A DNA stretch of 63,679 nt, filler included, from Choristocarpus tenellus KU-1152 (taxonomy: Eukaryota > Protista > Phaeophyceae): assembly GCA_964200185.2 (NCBI GenBank). It is 12 parts of 12 records of this genome, joined end to end, with 100 filler letters (N's around TTAATTAATTAA, not from the genome) between each part and the next. Parts side by side here need not be neighbours in the genome. Positions count along the whole stretch, not along the records: positions 9,302 to 12,527 come from CAXNAD020021413.1; positions 12,628 to 15,596 come from CAXNAD020023284.1; positions 15,697 to 18,633 come from CAXNAD020023514.1; positions 18,734 to 21,480 come from CAXNAD020025096.1; positions 21,581 to 24,193 come from CAXNAD020026271.1; positions 24,294 to 28,776 come from CAXNAD020014346.1; 6 more parts are not named here. One strand, written 5' to 3'. The stretch's first letter is position 1; each line of letters begins with the position of its first letter. The notes under the pieces were generated by a model, which made no database searches, was not told the origin of the DNA, and worked only from the letters and a program-made list of their open reading frames with translations. Of the stretch, positions 11,452-24,300 are shown piece by piece. The translations under genes were made by a program, and so were the position numbers.

Positions 11452-12627
11452 GTAGGTTGGTGGGGTTCAACATGTACCCGTGGAATTATATTATAGCAAG
11501 TGCTGGAGGTATTCCCTCCATGATGCGTTTTTTTATCGAATCGGAGGATTTAGTTCGATGAGTTTTTTTTGTGTTTTTTGTTTGTGATCTTATCAGCAAT
11601 CCAAAGATATTGGACCTGAAGCTGTTGGGGCTCATCAGCTTGCCTTAGTAAGGAGCCCAACAATCCACTGAATCTAGCGCGCACAATCGCTTGAGGTAAA
11701 ACTAAATGTTGGAAAAAAATGATCAAGCGCACTCTGCAGGGAAATGTGGGGAGACAGCTAACGTGACAGGTCGGGGATGTAGCAGTAGTCATGTTTCGAG
11801 AAGAACCTTGTTCATTGAACGGAGGAACAAAGGTCTCACCTACAAAGGTTTAACAATAGGATAGTTTGAATATTAGACTTTCGATTGGCTATGTTCTTCT
11901 TGCAGTACTAGGTGGGAAGGTATTAGGTTTCGATCATCACCTGCTCTACACAAGACCAACGAAAAAAACATATTGGGTCATCTATAACTTCTTCAAAGCC
12001 CCCATTCTGAAGAGGGCGAGACATCACCAGAATTAATGACTTTCGATGTTTCAGATGATTGGAAGTACTTGGGTGGTGAGCCTGAAGGACACCTTCTGAA
12101 TACCCATGACTCATACTTGTGCTACATCAGTTGTGAACATGATCTATTACACGAAATGTCAAATACATGGTATTACACATACAGATTTCTTGTTCAAGTT
12201 ATAATGTGTTCTTCAGGAAATACTTGATATGTAGTTGTTCCACTACACCTTCATTGCAAAACAATTTAGATAATTTCAAGAAGTTTAGAGGCCACAATCG
12301 GCAGAATACAATAACCTAAACACACACACACACTCTGAGGTTTTGTTAGTGCTCAGTGTGTTTTCATCTAGAAGTTAATTGAGACGACCATGGCTCAGAC
12401 AAGACTCAGGTACAGAGCAGATATTCATGGCAATGTTGGAGTATGCATCGCCCAGCAAAAACAAGAGGGTAAGGAGGTGCTTCATGCAATGACTACACAA
12501 TAGTCAAAACTTGAAGTAGGTGGAGGGNNNNNNNNNNNNNNNNNNNNNNNNNNNNNNNNNNNNNNNNNNNNTTAATTAATTAANNNNNNNNNNNNNNNNN
12601 NNNNNNNNNNNNNNNNNNNNNNNNNNN

Positions 12628-12715
12628 TGGATGATGAAAGTGCACTTCTCCTGGTCAGGGCCCGAATGGACACCCTGGTGTAGACCCCCCCACACACACA
12701 CAGATACTTTGAGCC
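12628..12715. mobile_element. MITE family A, right half at a contig start
   Basis: AAGTGCACTTCTCCTG...AATGGACACCCTGGTGTAGACCCCCC...AGATACTTTGAGCC. Confidence 0.8.
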
Positions 12716-12796
12716 TTTGGGTACGACTTGTACTAAGAGTGTTCACATTAATCTATTCCCCCTATTCCCGGAAGTAAAGCATAGTGGAGGTGGCTC

Positions 12797-13240
12797 ATGC
12801 CTCCTTACAACAAGGTCACGTGCACTGAGGACCAGGAGAAATGGAGCCAGTGCTTGAAGAGTGTGGAAAGGGATGTAGGGTGCTTCTTTGGGTACTCAAA
12901 GGTCAGTGGCCTATCCAGAAGCTGCCACTGGAGTTATGGAGTGAGGAGAGAGTTAACAACACATTCGACATATGCTGTATTCTCCAGAATATGCTTCACG
13001 TGTACGATAGATTAGATTTGGTTTGAGCAAGGGGTGCACTGGAGCGGGAACGATGGCCTAGATGATGCTCATGTCTCTGACCCTTTCACAGATCATAGTG
13101 TACGGGGTGAAGGGGGGGGTGGAATTACAGAAACTGTCGAAATGGAGGAGGTTTTCATTCCTAGAAGGAGAAACTCGGCGTATAATTCGGCTATAGAAAT
13201 TGGTGCGGCTGGTGATATGGCCCCGGAGTTCAACTAACCC
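12797..13240 (+). pseudogene. PIF/Harbinger-type DDE transposase, C-terminal fragment (frameshifted)
   Basis: Two overlapping frames join to KWSQCLKSVERDVGCFFG/VLKGQWPIQKLPLELWSEERVNNTFDICCILQNML, which resembles the Harbinger-family signature ESxRKDVECxFGxLKGRWxIL...CxILHNML. Confidence 0.8.
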
Positions 13241-14938
13241 TACTGGCACTTGCATGTCGTAAGGTCCTGGGGGTGGTGTTAGGGTTGAGATAATGTATAT
13301 GGGGGCAGGTGGAAGGAGGGTGTCAGGAGGAGTAGCAGATGCTTGTTCCTCACAAGCTTGGTACTTGACTTGTTGTGTGCCTTGCAATAAAAACAATGCA
13401 ATACAAGTTTAAAATAATAGGAATAAAGTGTCCAAAAACACCTCCTTGATTGCCAATAAGCACTTTCGTTGGGATGCAACTTGAGTTAGGATGACTGAGT
13501 AGGCTGTCATGGAATGTCATAAAGTGCTGACACTATGTTCAAACGAGACTGGGGTTACAAAGAATATCGGATTTCAGTCCGGATGAGTTTATTATCCGTG
13601 TACTCAGTAGTTTGAATTGTTGTAGTGGTACATCACACTAATGGCTAACCCTCCCCCTCTCCCTTTCTGAACCCTACCACCCCAACCCCACCCCCTCAAA
13701 CATTGTTTCAGACTTCGTTTTTCACATTTTTCGAGTCACCCCAATTGCCTTTAGAGTCATCCCCGCTGTCTTCTGGAGACCTCCTAGCGTGTGAGAAGGG
13801 ACGCTGCAACAACTGCAAAGACCGTGACGTGTGACAATGAAATACTGACAGTGGGGGCTGCTCATACAGAGGACTTCTAAACAACTTCAATAGTACCTGC
13901 TTCTTCTCCTGAACTTATTTTCTACAACCCATATCAACCAGCAGTCAAATCTCCTCCTTGCAATCCCTGGATTTAGCTGAACTTCCTTTTGGAGTTTACC
14001 CAACTCCTGTCTGAGACGAACAGGGTCATCAAGGGATGTCGTCGTCGATTTTCTTATGGAAGAATTCACAGTATCACTGGCACGACAAACACTAATCCCA
14101 CCATTTACACGGTTCAGCTCAGCTTGTTCACCTCTGAACTTTTTCTGGCTTGGTCTACCCTTAACCCTAGGATTGAGTCTGCACATTGTGTCTCAGATGT
14201 TGATGAAATATGCTTTTCAATATTTATGTATGCTTTCTGTTGTTGAAACATAGGGTACTTTTACCACAGTTCATAGATATAGTCCAGTGCCATCAACTAG
14301 TGTTGACCGTTGACTTGTTCTCTTGCAATCGTTCCTTAGTGTGCAAGCACCCAGGTCGCACGTATACTCTTCCATGCACCATTCATAGTTGTAGTATATC
14401 GCTGGAATTAGTTGATATTCCTCAACATACAAACACAGAATGTGATACGCACATGTGTTGACTAAGAATCAGGTTTGAGTCCCTTTATTTTTTCTCATCA
14501 CAGAATAAATATAGCCTTGATATATTGTTATATATGCTGCGAAGTGTTGCCCCCCTCTTCTGACTTTGAAGTCATTCACCTCGATATGTGCACCTTTATA
14601 CACAACTGGATAAGACGTACTTTGAAGTATTCTGAGTTAATATGTCCACAACTTCTCACAGGGCAAAAACCCTCTACTCAGAGTACTCTGAGTATGCATT
14701 ACTATCCTGAACCACAACAATAAACAGTGCACTATATCACAGTATTCAACCAGTCGCTTCACGCAGAACATGCTAGTAGATTAATTACATTGAATTCCAC
14801 CAGTGCTTCAGTGCACTGGGTCACCTCTTCTCACACAAGACTTCAATCCTTTACACAAAACACTCAGATCAATGCAGATCCTGCCCATATGTTCCTCCAA
14901 TCTGCTCGATATCACCTAAGGGACTGGTTTCCGATGAG

Positions 14939-15068
14939 CCTTACTGATAGCATATCCCTTGGAGTATTTCTTCCACTCGCCAGTCAACATAATGCCACAA
15001 TCCTTACTGATAGCATATCCCTTGGAGTATTTCTTCCACTTGCCAGTCAACATAATGCCACAATCCTT
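14939..15068. repeat. Near-perfect 63-bp tandem duplication
   Basis: CCTTACTGATAGCATATCCCTTGGAGTATTTCTTCCACT(C/T)GCCAGTCAACATAATGCCACAAT occurs twice. Confidence 0.95.
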
Positions 15069-15713
15069 GGCATACGTTCAAACCTCGTCCTGTGGCAAAG
15101 TTGTAGAGGTGATGCATAAAATAAAGGAGTGTATACGTAGCAGTTCTCACTCCCTCACTCAGCCCCCACGGGACAGTGGCATCCCTTCCTAAGGCCAGCT
15201 TATCAGTTGCCACAACATCCTCATCTGACGTTGCATTCATTCCTGTTGACCTCCCAAGATTGACATCGGCTCTGATAATCTTCGAGGCTGGCCTTTCTTC
15301 CCCAACATTCCCCCTGGGATGATGGCAATACCCAAGTTCAGTGCTACTATGTTTTTTTGTCTGATTTTGTGTTTGTTTATCTTGGAAAGGGTGGAGTCTT
15401 TTTAGACAGTACCCTACTTTTGACGTGTGTATGAGACTCTGTTGTAGGAGTTTTTCTCTTGAACGTTGAGTTAAATGCAGAGTGAGTGCCGTGAGGTACG
15501 AGTGTCGCGCTAACATATCTGTTGTCAGGGCAAACGTTGGAAGGGGGTTTTCCCTCCAGGTTTCCTCCTCCACTGGATCCCCAACGCTGCCTACTGNNNN
15601 NNNNNNNNNNNNNNNNNNNNNNNNNNNNNNNNNNNNNNNNTTAATTAATTAANNNNNNNNNNNNNNNNNNNNNNNNNNNNNNNNNNNNNNNNNNNNTGTG
15701 GATGTGGTGATGG

Positions 15714-15773
<60 letters not shown>

Positions 15774-18338
15774 TGATAGCCAAGCATATTTTCTCACTAC
15801 TGTGGGGTGATTTTAATGTACGCAAACTTGAAATATTTATTTAGGGCCCATGGTCTGTGTTAAACACTACTTCTCATAGGCTTTTGGCCTCTGTCTTGAT
15901 TGTCGCTGTTGATTGAAAAGTTGTCTTATTGTGGTTTGAAAGTGATGTAGAGTGCAAATCTACTCTCAAGTCCAGTATGGTGCAAGAGAGTTGTAACTTC
16001 TCACTACTGACCAACGACATTATCAGACAAGTCTTCGTCGCCGGGTTTGTTTGTGGGGTTAGGGTTAGGGTTGTTCTCTCTAGACGAAATCCAGCCCTCA
16101 CTACAGCACCCCTTGCTCATGCTTGGCTTGACTCCTATTCCGGCAGTGATTGTCAGGGTGAATTACAAGATTTCAACATATTGCGTCCAAAAATAGGAGT
16201 GGGTGCCTTTGTTTGTGCAAGTATCGCTTTTCAGTTGAATCACATTTATTGAGGAGTCGTACAGGAGGGCAGGTATGTGCACAGAGTCTTATTTTCATTT
16301 GTCATCTGGTGAAGACCAAACCTAAGTCCTCTGTGCCATGGCATAATAATGCCTTGGAGTCTCATACGATTATGGCACTTCACTCTTGACACATGCATTG
16401 CTCAGTGCACACCACTTTTTGTGCTTGTGTAGTGTTAATATTTATCAAGTTACTATCACATGCTTTTCCCAGGGCCGCCTATAATGACCCTTAGCTCTCC
16501 AGTAGTGGGCTGTGCTGATGTTTGGTTGGTTGTGGTGTGTTTACAAAGACGTATTCATCATGGAGCATGTTTCAATGAAAATCATTCCTGACTAAGTGAA
16601 ACTTGCTGAATACATGCACTGAGGTAGCTGAAGTAAAGCCACCTCCCATGAAACCAAAGGCCTTGAGTTATGCTTGTGGGATGGTGCTTCATGATTCTCC
16701 AAATTACTACTACCTTTTTGTCCCTCCCTTGACACCCTTTTTCTTACTCTTACCGTGTTAAGTGTCTATGTTTGCCAATCCTCAACCCATTGGTCTGACC
16801 TCCCAATACAACTCACACAACTCACCAGTACATGTGTACCTGACACCACCAGAGTGAGGGCTTTCAAGGCCGACCAAATAAGCCCAGTGACACCTGTTAC
16901 TCCTTCTGGGTGGGGGCTACCCTTGAACTCCTGGGAGAGCTATGCCTGGTTGACTCAGCTCAGGCGAAAAGCTTTCATCTTATCTGCCAGGACACTACCC
17001 TTGGTAAATAACTTGTTATTACCTATCCCTGTTCTGACCCTCCTCTGTGCCTTTGGTGCCCAATTATTATACCGGGCCTTGCCCAGCTCTAGTGACTAGG
17101 CCAGTTGTTTCGTATTTGAGATCAATCGTGTATCCTTAGAAATTGTGTTGATCAGTGTTGATCGGACGGCTTTACGGTAATTGTTTCGTGGCTTGCAGAA
17201 CGTTTCAGGATGGCGTTCATGACCCTTCTGGATTGAAATGTGTTGCCTGGAAGCACAATGTGACCAATTATGATCATCTCTTTTTTTTTGCAGAATCTCG
17301 CTCTTTTTTTTTTACTAGAATAAGAACGTCAACCGTATTGACCCCCAAAATTCAAGTCTCATTCCCTCCTCGTTGCATTTACATGTCATGTCGGGGGGGT
17401 GTTTGGCAGGAGGCTTTGCCAAGATGCCTGGGAGGCCACCAGACCTCCTACACTCCTTCTACTCAGTGTGCTGGTTGGGAATCTCACGGGAAAGTGGAGT
17501 GGAGTCTGTGGATTGTGTGCTCGGAGTGTCAACCCGGACGTTAGAATTGCTCCAGGATTTTCATTCAAATTTTCATTCAAAGTGTTGTTGACTGCAAGTA
17601 CTGGAATGTTAACTGCTCGGAAAGAACGTTTCTTGAAATACTACTACCTTACCAGGCTGAGACATAGGAACTTGCTCTTAATACGTTGTAGTTTGTCACC
17701 TTGGTTTGTTTTGAGTACAGGAGCTAGCAATGGTATAGTAGTCTAGAGAGTATAGGCACAGGAGTTTGGAGCTTAGCGCCCAATGGCCTCCATGCACCGA
17801 GGTGACAAGTAAAAGCAGTAGGATAGATACAGTCAACCCCAAGAAGAGACAAATCAATCTTGTTTGCTGGAGGTGGGATGTTTGTTATCTTTGTCAGCAT
17901 CGCCTTTGGCATCCTACCTATTACACTAGTCTATATATGTTTATCTGAGGATGTTGGGTGTGGGTGTATTTCCAAGAGGTATGCAAACCAATAGGGACAT
18001 AAACATAGCCCAGGGTGATATAGGAGTTACCAGGAATCTCGAACACCATAGCACACACACAACTCACACACTCACTCGTACCCAAACAGGTGGTATGTTG
18101 TCTTGTTGGCCCATAGTATACTAGAGGGTGGGGGGTGTTTAGACCAGGTCATCCATTTGGGGCTTTATGGGGTGTTGTAAAACACTCCAGTTTGATACCT
18201 TTTTTGGAGGTGATTTTCCTTCAAATTTGGTCTAGGCAGGGGATGGAAAAAAGGAGGTATATCCAGATGAAGGAAATTACCCTTGGATCTGACTTGTTCA
18301 CTCAAATGGCATGAAAATCACTACAGGGTCACAGAGGC

Positions 18339-18603
18339 GAGTGAAATTATCTTATTAAGAGAGGGTACAAGTTTTGCCCTGTTTGTCCTTTTGGGACTTG
18401 GCTTCCCATTGGTTCTTTTATGAAATTTTTCCTAGTTTGAAATGTTTAGGAGTAGGTAAAGTGTATATGCTATGAAAAGGTGTGTCCGAAACATAGATAT
18501 TGACATTTTCTAACAAACATTATAGCCAAAATTACACCAAAATCGAAACATTGGATTTTGACCCCAAATGGACACGGCTCTACCCTCTAAGATACTTTGG
18601 CTC
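18339..18603. mobile_element. MITE family B, complete copy
   Basis: GAGTGAAATTATCTT...GAGGGTACAAGTTTTGCCCTGTTTGTCC...TACCCTCTAAGATACTTTGGCTC. Confidence 0.85.
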
Positions 18604-18733
18604 CCAAGTTCACAAAGAAGAACGAATACATGTNNNNNNNNNNNNNNNNNNNNNNNNNNNNNNNNNNNNNNNNNNNNTTAATTAATTAANNNNNNNNNNN
18701 NNNNNNNNNNNNNNNNNNNNNNNNNNNNNNNNN

Positions 18734-18875
18734 GTTTCGGACACACATTTTCATAACGTATACATTTTACCTACCCCTAAACAATTTGGAGTAGGAAAAT
18801 GTCATTAAAAAAAACTGGGAAGTCAAGCCCCAAATGGACAAACAGGGCAAAACTCGTACCCTCTAAGATACTTTC
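18734..18875. mobile_element. MITE family B, partial reverse copy (other remnants at ~11005-11070 and 58845-58885)
   Basis: GGACAAACAGGGCAAAACTCGTACCCTCTAAGATACTTTC is the reverse complement of the family B left end. Confidence 0.8.
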
Positions 18876-21294
18876 CAACAATATTTTGTTAGACTTGGTC
18901 ATCATAATTGTATCTGTCTAGGAGATTAGACACACTCAGACGAACATGTGGCAACAATACTGAAGAGCAACCATCCTGTAAAGAACTTTGCAACACCTGG
19001 AACAACCATAATGGGAAACTGCTAACCTTCTATGACCAGAACGATACTGCAGGGTGCAATGCTGTGCATGGCTAACAGGGGGGCTCCACCAGGAGAGAAA
19101 AAGAAAGGGAAGCTCCACAGTATCAGGAGGAAAGGATTAGAGATGGTGTACTCCTGGGTAAGCCCGTAGGTGCTGTGCTGGGGGGGAAAGAGGAGAGCAT
19201 CCATCATTAAGCAGCCACAGTGCTTGATCACCTCCAGGAGAAGCAAAGGGGGACTGTGTGTTCTACGTGAGGGGTGTATGGATGGGTACACCTACGGGGA
19301 CTGTGCGGGGGGAGAAGGGGGAGGGGAACATCTGACTCGGAGCAGCCACAGTGCTCGAGCAGAATTAGGAGAAAGGGCTCATGGGGGTGCTGTACCTGGG
19401 TAGAAGAGGAGGGCTGTGCCAGGGAGAATCCCTGCCTGCCTGTGCAACAATTGATGATCAAGCCAAATACACATGTGTTGCTGTGGGGTCTGTGCCTTAC
19501 TTGAACCTTCAAAGGGGCCAACAGGAATTTTGGAACCAAAAGTGAAGGTATCACAAGGTAGGGTCTTTCCAGCCAGCATAAAAATAACTCGCATTCTTCC
19601 CACAAAATGTTTAGTATGATTGTTGGACTACAGGTAGGGGGATGAAGGGAGGCACGTCTAAGGACAGTTACAAGCACCCATTGCTTAGCGTCTATCAACA
19701 TATACCTTTATTGTCGCTTGAGACACAAGATGATACGAACTGTGTACAGGTAAACATGGAGATGTCACACTTTCACCAAAGCAGACGACTGTCTGCTCTG
19801 GCGGAACAGTGGTATCCCAATAGTTTGCATGATATGCAATCCGAACACAAACTCTTTGTACGTTGTGTTGCCTTTTACGAATCGTCCCTTAATACTATAG
19901 TCAAACCACTTACACACTTTGCTCCTGATTTGGGACAGCACTATGAACAAAAAAAGGTTACGGATAGCATAATCATTTTTGATTGCACCTCAAAGGTATG
20001 ATCGTCAAGCAACAAATGTTCATTGTTGCAGTTTGGCAAATCTTGCCATACATAAAGTTCGTATCAACGTAAACTATATGATTGGACATTAGACTTCAAT
20101 TTCTGTACAAGTACCCAGAGTCAGTTTTGCCCCCCCCAAAAACACTTCTATTGAAAGATTATGCATTCAAAGAGCGCAGGTGCTGATACACTGAGGATCC
20201 ATTTCTACATTATAGATTTGTATTCTTGCTCAGAACGATTTGGTATTGCGGTCGCCAAGCTCAAGCAGAGTTTTCAAATGTGGAACCTGGTACAACCCTT
20301 TGATAGACCACCTTACAGAGCAAACCTTTCACACCTTGGATAACAATTCGCTTCATAACATTATGGCAACACGTTACGTTAACATTTCACAAATTGTTGC
20401 TTGCATAACATATGCGATTAATGTCTTGGACCAGAGTGTTACGAGCACATACAGAGTTAATTGCATATTTTTGAACTGGTGTGTTACAGGCACTAAATGT
20501 TGTGACGGATTTTTTCATCTTCAGGGTTGTGATCGTGTTGAGGCTTGTGTTGTCCAAGGTGTTAATTCTACTATTATGTATTGCACAAGGCACCTTCGAA
20601 AAGATGCGAGTCTTTGGGGTAGTCCCTTTACAATCATATCATAGGGTATCAAAGTAGACGAGAGGTACCCAGGTATTGGCTCTTTTTCATTTCAAGTCAA
20701 TTTTGATCTTTCGCATTTCACCCATGTTTCTTTGGATGAATTTCTAACTTTGACTCGAGAGAGGTTTTTTCCCATTCATTGTTTGAACTTTTCCGACACG
20801 ATTAGGAAAATATCTTACACATATTTTCTTAATGATGGAAAATTTTACGCAAATTTGTGAGCATCCTTGAGATACAACTCTGCGTAACTTTCGTTTACTT
20901 TGTCTCAGTATGATGTTGAAAACATTTCTCCGTTCATGCCACAACCAAAGATATTTACTAATAAAAAGAAATGTCATTTTTTCGATTAGACTCTTCCAAC
21001 TCTATCCTACAGTTGTGATAAACTGTGTATATGGAGTGAGAGAACAATCAGTAGTGATTAAGTTGATCAGAACCTTTTATTAGTGATTAGCTATATGCGA
21101 ACATTTCTGATATAAAAGAAAATATATATTATTTTATGGGGTGCTGCATGCCCCACTTAAATTTAATCACTCTACATACATCAAGCAATATCCCAGGGTT
21201 TGTTTTGCTCACGAATTCTGGATTATTATTATTATCACTCTATTCCTTGTTTGCCATTCCTCTATTCTCCATTCCTCTCCTGGTTTTCTATTTA

Positions 21295-21410
21295 CCCACA
21301 TTCGATGACCAACCAGTGCGAATGCCCTTCGTCACTGATTGCCAGTCATCCCCCACATTTAATGACCAACCAGTGCGAATGCCCTTCGTCACTGCTTGCC
21401 AGCCACCCCC
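21295..21410. repeat. 57-bp tandem duplication
   Basis: CCCACATT..ATGACCAACCAGTGCGAATGCCCTTCGTCACTG.TTGCCAG occurs twice. Confidence 0.9.
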
Positions 21411-22747
21411 CCCCACCTTTCAACCCACACAAGTTACCACTCCCCCCAACCCCACACCCGTTCTCACACCACTCAACACCNNNNNNNNNNNNNNNNNNNN
21501 NNNNNNNNNNNNNNNNNNNNNNNNTTAATTAATTAANNNNNNNNNNNNNNNNNNNNNNNNNNNNNNNNNNNNNNNNNNNNATGTATATATATAGTTTTCA
21601 TTGGTTTCCCCCCTGACACATCTGCAAAATGTCAGAGGGCATAATAATAAAATATATCCCACCGGCTCTATCAACTTTGCAGTTACTTCTCTGAACCAGA
21701 GTACTTAACTCTTTCAAATAATAAGCACACACAATATACAATTCAAACATGTCAATTAAAAAAAAATAGCATGTCACTTAACACCTGTGCATAATTATAG
21801 ACAGCCCTTCTACGGCACAAAGAGTAAGTAGCCTGTTCAAATGGAACACCAACACCACCTAATACACTTAGCCTTGAAGTAAGGTAAGGATTGGTTTAGG
21901 GTTGTGGTTAGGGTTTTGGAGTTGTGGTACTATTACGGTACTACCATGGAACCATTCATGAAACACACCCAAGCACACACCACTCTGGAGATTAAACACA
22001 CCATGCCAAGATCGTGTTGAACCCACAACTCCATATGATAAACTACTTCAGACATTATCAAACCACCAGAAAACACAATACACATATCTTTCTCACTGGA
22101 ACTAGAGCTCAACACAGACAGATCAACTTGAAAGACAACCACTACTAAAAACACTCGATTAAACGTATACACACACAATCAGTACAAACAGAAAATACAC
22201 AGTAATACAATGCACCTTCCCCTTCTCCCTGCCCTTAACCAGGTACACTGCCTGAAGGAGCTGATTCACAGATATGCCAGTCATCCATGTAAACGCTTGA
22301 GTGGTCATCATCCACAGCTGCCTATGGTGGGGGCTGATATCCGTACCATGCAGTAGCTTAACCGACACGATACATGGAGTAGATGTTTCTGATTGGTTCA
22401 GTGACAGATATTGTTTTTATTATTATCATCATATTAGTCTGAGGGATCTCAAACCCCTGGTTGAAATGTAGTCCAAAGAAGGTAATACACACTGGTTGAG
22501 AAAGGCAATACCAAGAAAAACATGATAAAGGTGGAAGAAGAGAAAGAAGACGAGAGAAGAGAGGATAAACCTATTTTCTCAATAGTATTATGTATATAAA
22601 CATAATCCTCACACAACCTTGCCGCTCAAGCCACTCTTTCACCTCATGAGAGTGTTCATGTTAGAAGGGCATAGAAGTTGGTGCTCCAAGGAGGACATTT
22701 TTTTGTTTTCCTTATAATTTTTCTCCTCCAAACGAAAAACAGGTAAG

Positions 22748-22890
22748 AATCACCATATCAAAATATCAAGAATACACTATAATCTCAACTATCAGTAAAT
22801 CATTATTTCAAAATATCAAGAATATATTGGAATCAAGAACCATCAGTAAATCATCGTACCAAAATATCAAGAATAAATTGTAATTTCAGC
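22748..22890. repeat. ~50-bp tandem repeat, 3 diverged copies
   Basis: CAAAATATCAAGAATA occurs three times, and ATCAGTAAATCAT twice between them. Confidence 0.85.
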
Positions 22891-24300
22891 CTTAGGACAA
22901 ATTGGTGACGATGAGATTATATGGTCCACATAGTGGACCTGGCAGAGTGTCCATCATGCATCACACACCCACATAGGAGGACCTCAAATACTTCAGCCTT
23001 GAGCCATGTGTGGACTTTATCGAGCTCAAGAGTGACAACGACCCCACTTGTAATTCTGTCGTAAAGCAGTTGGCTGTTCTTGTGGGAAAATGTTCGTAGT
23101 TTGTCCCGCTGATATGCCGACGGAATATTGTTCTGTTGGACAATCTATTTGCGTATCTGATGTGTGCCACCACATACCAGATAGATGAGATATGTGTCCC
23201 TTCCTTGATGTTCTGTGATCAGTGTTGTGTTCCTTCCCGGGACGGTGGTCATACGACACATAGTACATAGAGAAGTGAAAAACAGCGCAATACTTACGTA
23301 GTATGTACAAGCAAATAGGATTGAAACCTTACGTCGAATGAATCGTGCTTTCTTGTGCAGTGACTGGTTTGTGATGAAGGATATCATAGCGCAATAAAGC
23401 ATTGGTGAATCTGTTCTGGTAGACCTGATGGCATACTTTGCCCAATCAGGTGAGGGTTGATATGAAATTGTGATCATTGATTGAGACGCTCAAATGAAGA
23501 AATGCATGGTCTGTGAAGAGGCTTGTCAACTATGTATATATATTGCATCTCGATGTGTATCAGGTGCACTTAGTGTGGTGTGAGGTTGGTGTATTATGAG
23601 GGTACAATGCCAACCAAGAAAAAAAAATCAACACGTGATATCCAACTGAAGACTTCTGATGTGAAGAAAAGTAAAAGACAAAGAAGAAACAAGGAGACAA
23701 ACTCGAATCAATATCTGATGGAACTCATGCGACACATATTATGCCTATATATGTGATACGTTGCGACTGCCCTTATGCTTCTTATGTACTGTGATGTTCT
23801 AATAAGGGATTGGTGATGTTGTGATGATGAGTTAGTGGTGTGAGTGGAAATAACGACCATTACAATAGACAAATCAGCATTCAGTATGAACTGGAGATAC
23901 TGTATCATATCATCAAGAACAAAGCAATTGAGTAGCCTATGTTTTAACAAATAGTGTGGATATCACAAACCCCACATTATAGGATAAGGACAGTGTGTCT
24001 CGCGCCCCCCTGTTCAGTTAGCCGGTCGGAAAATGAGACCGCAAGCCACTTGTAACCCAGTATACACATATTCACATGAAGTCAAACTGTCCCGTACAAG
24101 CGCATTGTGTTGAGCACAGGTCTGGGTCAAAGTATCTTGGGGGGGGGGTGTCGGCGTCCGTTTTTCACCCTTTTTTCGATTTTCACTTTTTTGNNNNNNN
24201 NNNNNNNNNNNNNNNNNNNNNNNNNNNNNNNNNNNNNTTAATTAATTAANNNNNNNNNNNNNNNNNNNNNNNNNNNNNNNNNNNNNNNNNNNNCTCGTAG

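Noticed and set aside
13708-15596. Minus-strand ORFs (189, 99 and 60 aa) as exons of a gene
   Set aside because: Possible donors exist, but no phase-consistent chain or recognisable domain could be established.
15716-15772. Long poly-G run as a functional G-quadruplex
   Set aside because: At a contig edge, where homopolymer length is unreliable and may be a sequencing artefact.
20240-20644. CCDGFFHLQGC resembling part of a PHD finger
   Set aside because: The remaining Cys ligands are not correctly spaced.
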